Shown here piece by piece: positions 59,397 to 64,000 of a DNA stretch of 64,000 nucleotides. Made by a program: the position numbers and the translations under genes. The stretch is from contig JAXGPF010000003.1 in NCBI GenBank assembly GCA_040767085.1, positions 547,572 through 611,571 of the forward strand, in the 5' to 3' direction. Each line of letters starts with the position of its first letter. The stretch's first letter is position 1. The notes beneath the pieces were generated by a model. That model ran no database searches. It worked only from the letters and a program-made list of their open reading frames with translations, and was not told where the DNA came from. Source of the DNA: Kiritimatiellia bacterium. GTDB lineage: Bacteria; Verrucomicrobiota; Kiritimatiellia; JAAZAB01.

Positions 59397-59715
59397 TTCA
59401 CCCCCTCCATATCGAACAGCTTCGGCCCCTTATTTTGAATATTCGTCTTTCCAAACCTCCGCACCGTCTTCTTCTCATCCCCCTTTACGTTCTCTGCGTT
59501 CTTTGCGGTTAATTCCTCTTCCACTCTCACAGGCAGATTCCTGATCTCCAACGAGTAGCCGTATGGCCGATTCTCCCCACCTATAATATAATCAATTTAT
59601 CAGGCACTGGCAGAAAAACCAGCAGAAATTAATAAAACCCGACACAAATAAATTTTAGAGGTGTTTTTGACGGTTCTTGGATGTGGCCCGTCGAGTCCTT
59701 ACACCACTCACAATT

Positions 59716-59874
59716 ATGCAGGCCACGATCAAAGACAACAAACTCGTGATCGAAATTGACCTTCAGAACCCGTCAGTACCCAGCGCCCTGGCAAGACCTT
59801 CTGGGTGGCCAGCACCCCACGGCAACCAGGTCGCTGACCTCAAAAGCTTGATTACTCCGCCATCCAGAACCTGA
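59716..59874 (+). pseudogene. Small hypothetical protein remnant (mobile-element-type), two compensating frameshifts
   Basis: MQATIKDNKLVIEIDLQNPSVPSA, then the alternative frame gives GKTFWVAST before returning to HGNQVADLK. This resembles a short protein family I recall with a PSASGKTxxVASTxGN motif. Confidence 0.5.
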
Positions 59875-60084
59875 TGTTGGCCAGGAAATCGCGATAGAGG
59901 TTCAACGGACTGCGCAAGCTCGCGGCCCGGATGTTGATCCCGCAACTCAAGCACATTGCCATGGCCAAGCGGAAGTATTTTGACTGGAACTATTGCATTC
60001 GCCATGCTATGTATATGGTGCTATTCTTTTACGCATATAAATATTTTACATCGTGCAACAATTATTTCCGATTGCCTAAAGTTC

Positions 60085-63000
60085 ATGGATGCCTCTTATA
60101 CTTATACCGATAGTTTCAACTTTTACGGGAATGGCGGGCATCCTTGCGATTGGCTGGTGGAACGGCATACCGACCGGCCGCATCTGCACGGCCGGGTGGA
60201 AGACGGCGCTTATCATATCCTGTGCCGGGGCAACAAGCACTTGCCCCTGACGCCCCCTTTGCGGGATTTTTCCCTTGCATTTCAATGCCGCGGCGATGCC
60301 GGGGCGCCGGCGGCCGGCTGTTATGTCTTTTTCCGTTATGACTCCCGGAAACAAGCGGGGTATTACATCAAACGGCAATGGTCCGCAGCGGGCGGTGCGA
60401 CGGTTTTAGGCGTCTGCGATCCCGCCGGGGACCGCCTGCTGGCAACCGCATCCGATCCGGCGCGCTACCCAGTTGAACAATGGACGGAGATACGGCTGGA
60501 AGTCCGCGGCGATATTTTCCGGGTGTTTCATAATAACGACTCCGTGGCGGATTTCCGCGACCGGAATCCCCGGCTGCCCGCCGCCGGCCTGGTCGGGTTC
60601 GACCGCGACCGCCCCACGGAAAACGGCGCGCGCGGGCCATTCTGGCTGCGGCATATCCGCCTGACATCATCCCGCGCGCTGGCGCCGTCAGGATTATGGA
60701 AACCCCTGCGTATCAAATTCCCCGTGGAGCATAACGGAATCGTTTCGCCGTTTTTTTACGAACTGGCGGCGGCGGCGTATGCCAACCACGTCCAGATCAC
60801 GGCGCGGTTGACCGGCGGCCCGGCGGAGCGCGACGATCCGGCGCTGCTGCGGGGGCGCGCCCCGGGCGCCATGCGCTGGCAGAACGAACGCCTGGTCAAC
60901 CCCTATCTGCGGCTGGAGCGGCCGGGCGGCGGCGACCTGGGCACCCATTACCTGTTCCGCGGGTCGGTCGGCCTGAAGGAGCACTGGGACCGCCGGGCCA
61001 CCGGGCTGCCGCCGTCGGATATCGAATGCCCCCTGGAGCGGATTGTGCGTTTGCCCGCATTGCCGCCGCGGATCAATGTGTTTGTCGGTTACGAATATTA
61101 CGAAGCCGAGGAACGGAACTGGATGAAGGGCGGCCCGACCGAAGCCTGGATTGATCCCGCGCGCGGCCGGATCATCGCTGCCGGCGCGCCTTTGAAGGAA
61201 AACGGCGTCCTGCTCGAAATTGATTCGCCGCCGGACAAGATGATCTGCCGTATGATTCCAGCGCGCACGCGCCGGAAAGCCGCGGCCATTGCGTTTGCCA
61301 GGGCCAACCATTACTTCATGGAAAACGAACGCGTGCGTTTCCAAATCGCGGCGCGGCATCGCCGGCCGGAATGCCGCGCACGCGGCCTGCGCCTGGAATG
61401 GACGCTGGAAGACGTTTTCCGCCAGCCGCTGCGGCCGGCGGTTGCACGCCCCTTGCAGCCAGCGCGCGATCCCGCGGCGCGGCGGTGGCGCCGCGGTTTG
61501 AGCGTTGCGTCGTTGACCGGACCGGCATGGTCGCCCGGCCGCCTGCCGCCGGGAGTTTACCATGTCGCCGCCCGGCTGTGCGAGGGCAAGCACGTGGCGG
61601 CGGAAGCCCGGCGCGCCTTTGAAGTGCTGCCCCGCAATCCCCGTGCGCCCGCGCCGCCGTTGATTTCCGGCCTGCCTGAGCTGTTGTTTTATGAATCCAG
61701 CGATTTCGTCTCCGCGGCCGATGTTTTTGATCCGTGGCTGGGGCGCGCGGTGGATGAAGGGCATTACGTTGCGCACAACGGATTCCCATTGTCCTTCGCG
61801 GAAAAATACCGCACCTGGGACCTGGTCCATCTGTATCGCCGCCAATGGTGGCTGCTATTATTGCAGTCCGGCGATGATCCGGAAAATCATGCCCGGCTGA
61901 TCCGCCATGCCGATCTCTTGTATCCGGGCGCCCTGATGCGCCGGATGGATTTGTGGCACCCGACCGCCTACCGCCGGCCGGCGGGCGCGCAGCCAGGCGC
62001 AGGCGTCTTCGACGCTTTTTTGCAGTTTCTGCAAACCCCGGAATTTACCGGCAGTGGCGGCGGCAGTCTGCACCACGAAAAAATCAATGCCGCCGGCGCC
62101 ATTACCAATGAACAATTCGTGGAGTTGGTGGAAAAACATTGGAAATCCTGGCTTGAATTTTTCAACCGCTGGTACGCCGGGGTTTACATGCCGCGCGCGC
62201 GCGCCCGGCTGCAAGCTCTGGGGTTCCAGGGACGCTGGGGCTGGTTCGGTCCGTACCCGCCTTACGGGTCGGTTTACAAGTCCGCCTGGTTTGCGCACTA
62301 CATGGGCCGCGATCTGCGGAGCGGCTGGACGCGTTATCTTGACGGTCCGCTGCGGTTCGAAAGTTATTCCCGGGTGTGCGGCTACCCCCTCCAGCGCGAT
62401 GTGTTTCAACTCGCCGCCATGAAACTGGAAGCGCCGGAATTGCGGCTCTATCCGGAAGTGTATGGGTTAACCGGTATTCCCGCCGATTTTCATGTATTGC
62501 TGGGCAGCCCGCCCAACGCCCGGAACCGGCCGCCCGCCATCAGTTTCCGGAAATGTTTTTTTGAGTATGCCTATGCCGCCGCGTGGTTTGGCCGCCGGGG
62601 ATTCGAATTCTGGAATGACAATGGGTTCCAGCCCAAGCATTGGGATCGGGACCATTTCGCCGAGTTTCTTTCGGCCTGGTCGGTCATCCGGCGGGTGCGC
62701 CCCAAAAAACCATTGCGCACCGCCGCATTCGTTTACAGCCGGGCATCCTGCCTGGCGCATGCCGACACCCTGGCACGCTATCCGCGCCGTTATTACCAGG
62801 ACGGCAAAGGCCCGGTGTTTTTCGGCGATATTTACAACACCGCCGAGGAATGCGTCGCCTACGCCTACGAGCAGGCGCGCCTGGACGGGCAATGCGCCGG
62901 ATTTCTGGCGTCTTTCGAGATGCTGGAGCGTCTGTCGCCGGCGGATGTCCATACCCTCGTGTTGCCGCCGCTGGCCGGCCTGAGCGATGTCGGCCGCGCC

Positions 63001-63705
63001 ATGATCCGCCAGGCGCATGCCCGGGGCATCGCCCTGGTGGCCTTTGAATCGGCGCCTGGCCTGGAGGACCTGTTCGGCGTAGTCCCGCTGAAAAAACCGG
63101 CGGCGCTCCGCGGCATTCGGGCCGCGCGCCGGCTGACGCGCCAGGCGCCCTGGCGGGAAATTGCCGGTGAGTTTGAAAGCATTGACCATCCATTGTGCCG
63201 CGCAACCTACCAATGCCGCGGGGCTCAGGTTGTTTTGGAGGGCTTGGACGGGCGCGGGCGCGTCCGGGCGCCGGTTTTGACAATTCACCGGACACGCTGG
63301 GGCCGTACGGCGCTGTGGACCATCCCGCCGACTGTCATCCGGCGCGAAGCGGACGATGCCGTCTTCAGCTACGGCAAGGCCAGCTTGAGCCGGCTGGCCA
63401 ACCGGGCCATGGCGTTGGCCATGCGGCACGTCGGCGCCCCGGCGGCCGCAACCACGGCCGGGAAATTAATCGGGTTCCGGGACACAAAAGGCCTGGCGCG
63501 GATCGTGGTCGAGGAAGACCGCCACCCCGGGGAAGGCGGCGCTATCCAACCGGAAATCATCATCCGCTTGCCGCGGGTCAGCCCGGAGCGCATTCAATCC
63601 GACCGCGCCTTCGAAGTGATATCCGCCCGGGCTGGTTGCGTGCGGCTGCGCCTGGCCCTGCGCCGGGACGACTGCGCGATGATCACGGTGGATGACCGGG
63701 CTTGA
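60085..63705 (+). CDS. Large hypothetical protein (~1200 aa), possibly carbohydrate-active
   Basis: Long ORF with GC-rich codon bias; N-terminal DUF1080/ConA-like segment (WTEIRLEVRGD..GLVGF); C-terminal GH42-trimerisation-like segment (TLVLPPL...LEDLFGV). Confidence 0.65.
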   Translation: MDASYTYTDSFNFYGNGGHPCDWLVERHTDRPHLHGRVEDGAYHILCRGNKHLPLTPPLRDFSLAFQCRGDAGAPAAGCYVFFRYDSRKQAGYYIKRQWSAAGGATVLGVCDPAGDRLLATASDPARYPVEQWTEIRLEVRGDIFRVFHNNDSVADFRDRNPRLPAAGLVGFDRDRPTENGARGPFWLRHIRLTSSRALAPSGLWKPLRIKFPVEHNGIVSPFFYELAAAAYANHVQITARLTGGPAERDDPALLRGRAPGAMRWQNERLVNPYLRLERPGGGDLGTHYLFRGSVGLKEHWDRRATGLPPSDIECPLERIVRLPALPPRINVFVGYEYYEAEERNWMKGGPTEAWIDPARGRIIAAGAPLKENGVLLEIDSPPDKMICRMIPARTRRKAAAIAFARANHYFMENERVRFQIAARHRRPECRARGLRLEWTLEDVFRQPLRPAVARPLQPARDPAARRWRRGLSVASLTGPAWSPGRLPPGVYHVAARLCEGKHVAAEARRAFEVLPRNPRAPAPPLISGLPELLFYESSDFVSAADVFDPWLGRAVDEGHYVAHNGFPLSFAEKYRTWDLVHLYRRQWWLLLLQSGDDPENHARLIRHADLLYPGALMRRMDLWHPTAYRRPAGAQPGAGVFDAFLQFLQTPEFTGSGGGSLHHEKINAAGAITNEQFVELVEKHWKSWLEFFNRWYAGVYMPRARARLQALGFQGRWGWFGPYPPYGSVYKSAWFAHYMGRDLRSGWTRYLDGPLRFESYSRVCGYPLQRDVFQLAAMKLEAPELRLYPEVYGLTGIPADFHVLLGSPPNARNRPPAISFRKCFFEYAYAAAWFGRRGFEFWNDNGFQPKHWDRDHFAEFLSAWSVIRRVRPKKPLRTAAFVYSRASCLAHADTLARYPRRYYQDGKGPVFFGDIYNTAEECVAYAYEQARLDGQCAGFLASFEMLERLSPADVHTLVLPPLAGLSDVGRAMIRQAHARGIALVAFESAPGLEDLFGVVPLKKPAALRGIRAARRLTRQAPWREIAGEFESIDHPLCRATYQCRGAQVVLEGLDGRGRVRAPVLTIHRTRWGRTALWTIPPTVIRREADDAVFSYGKASLSRLANRAMALAMRHVGAPAAATTAGKLIGFRDTKGLARIVVEEDRHPGEGGAIQPEIIIRLPRVSPERIQSDRAFEVISARAGCVRLRLALRRDDCAMITVDDRA

Positions 63706-63723
63706 CGGAGATTAAATTGAACC

Positions 63724-64000
63724 ATGCCGAATGATAATGTCAATGCGGCGGCCCTGCGGGAGCGCGTCAAGGAATTGTCCTGCCTTTACTCGATTTCGCA
63801 AGTCTCGCTCAAGCCGGAACTGGCGCTCCCCGGGATTCTTCAGGAAATCGCGCGTATTCTGCCGGCAGCCTTGCAATTCCCGGACCAGGCCTCGGCGCAG
63901 ATATTGCTGGACGGGCGCCGGTTCGACAGCCGGCGGCGCCCTGCCTGCGGAGCGCGGCAGCAGGCGCCCATCCTCGTGCATGGACAGGAACGCGGACATG
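63724..64000 (+). CDS. Partial sensor protein (histidine kinase-type N-terminal GAF-like domain), runs off the window
   Basis: Manual translation MPNDNVNAAALRERVKELSCLYSISQ...ILPAALQFPDQASAQI; GGAG upstream. Confidence 0.7.
   Translation, partial: MPNDNVNAAALRERVKELSCLYSISQVSLKPELALPGILQEIARILPAALQFPDQASAQILLDGRRFDSRRRPACGARQQAPILVHGQERGH

Noticed and set aside
59397..59580. Remnant of an R-M or helicase gene upstream of fic
   Set aside because: Only a short suggestive peptide (GPKLFDMEGVK*); too little to support a call.

Overview
GC-rich bacterial chromosome segment. Gene content and style suggest a PVC-superphylum organism, possibly Kiritimatiellota or Lentisphaerota (inference). Layout: (1) 0.5-9.4 kb, a minus-strand carbohydrate catabolic cluster (DUF4838 protein, two paralogous GH109-like Gfo/Idh/MocA enzymes, an amidohydrolase, a NagB-like protein) with an intact ISL3 element inserted. 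(2) 10-17 kb, an FAD 2-hydroxyacid dehydrogenase plus LarA-family racemase, a heptosyltransferase, a dipeptidase, a secreted helical protein and an output-less membrane sensor. (3) 17-39 kb, mostly housekeeping: rmuC, glgB, CBM48, double-domain NDK, DUF1015, amaP-asp23-accC-accB-aroQ, ricT-holB-tmk, cysS, purC-like, ptrB, pta, asparaginase. (4) 40-49 kb, two large secreted propeller proteins sharing a C-terminal FG-GAP-like module, flanking folD, a frameshifted PIG-L deacetylase and an IS1202/IS481-like IS with a 16-bp target duplication. (5) murJ, GT2, a solute-binding protein, cstA and tRNA-Lys(CTT). (6) A decayed island beside the tRNA holding a phage-like gene fragment, a secreted repeat protein, an integron-type cassette (attC plus a candidate attI, no integrase in the window), a Fic gene and a small pseudogene. 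(7) A 1.2-kaa unknown protein and a partial sensor gene. Intergenic regions carry several GTAG-type REP-like palindrome families and a duplicated 43-bp AT-rich motif. No CRISPR array or rRNA was seen. All calls come from reading motifs by eye; no database searches were run.
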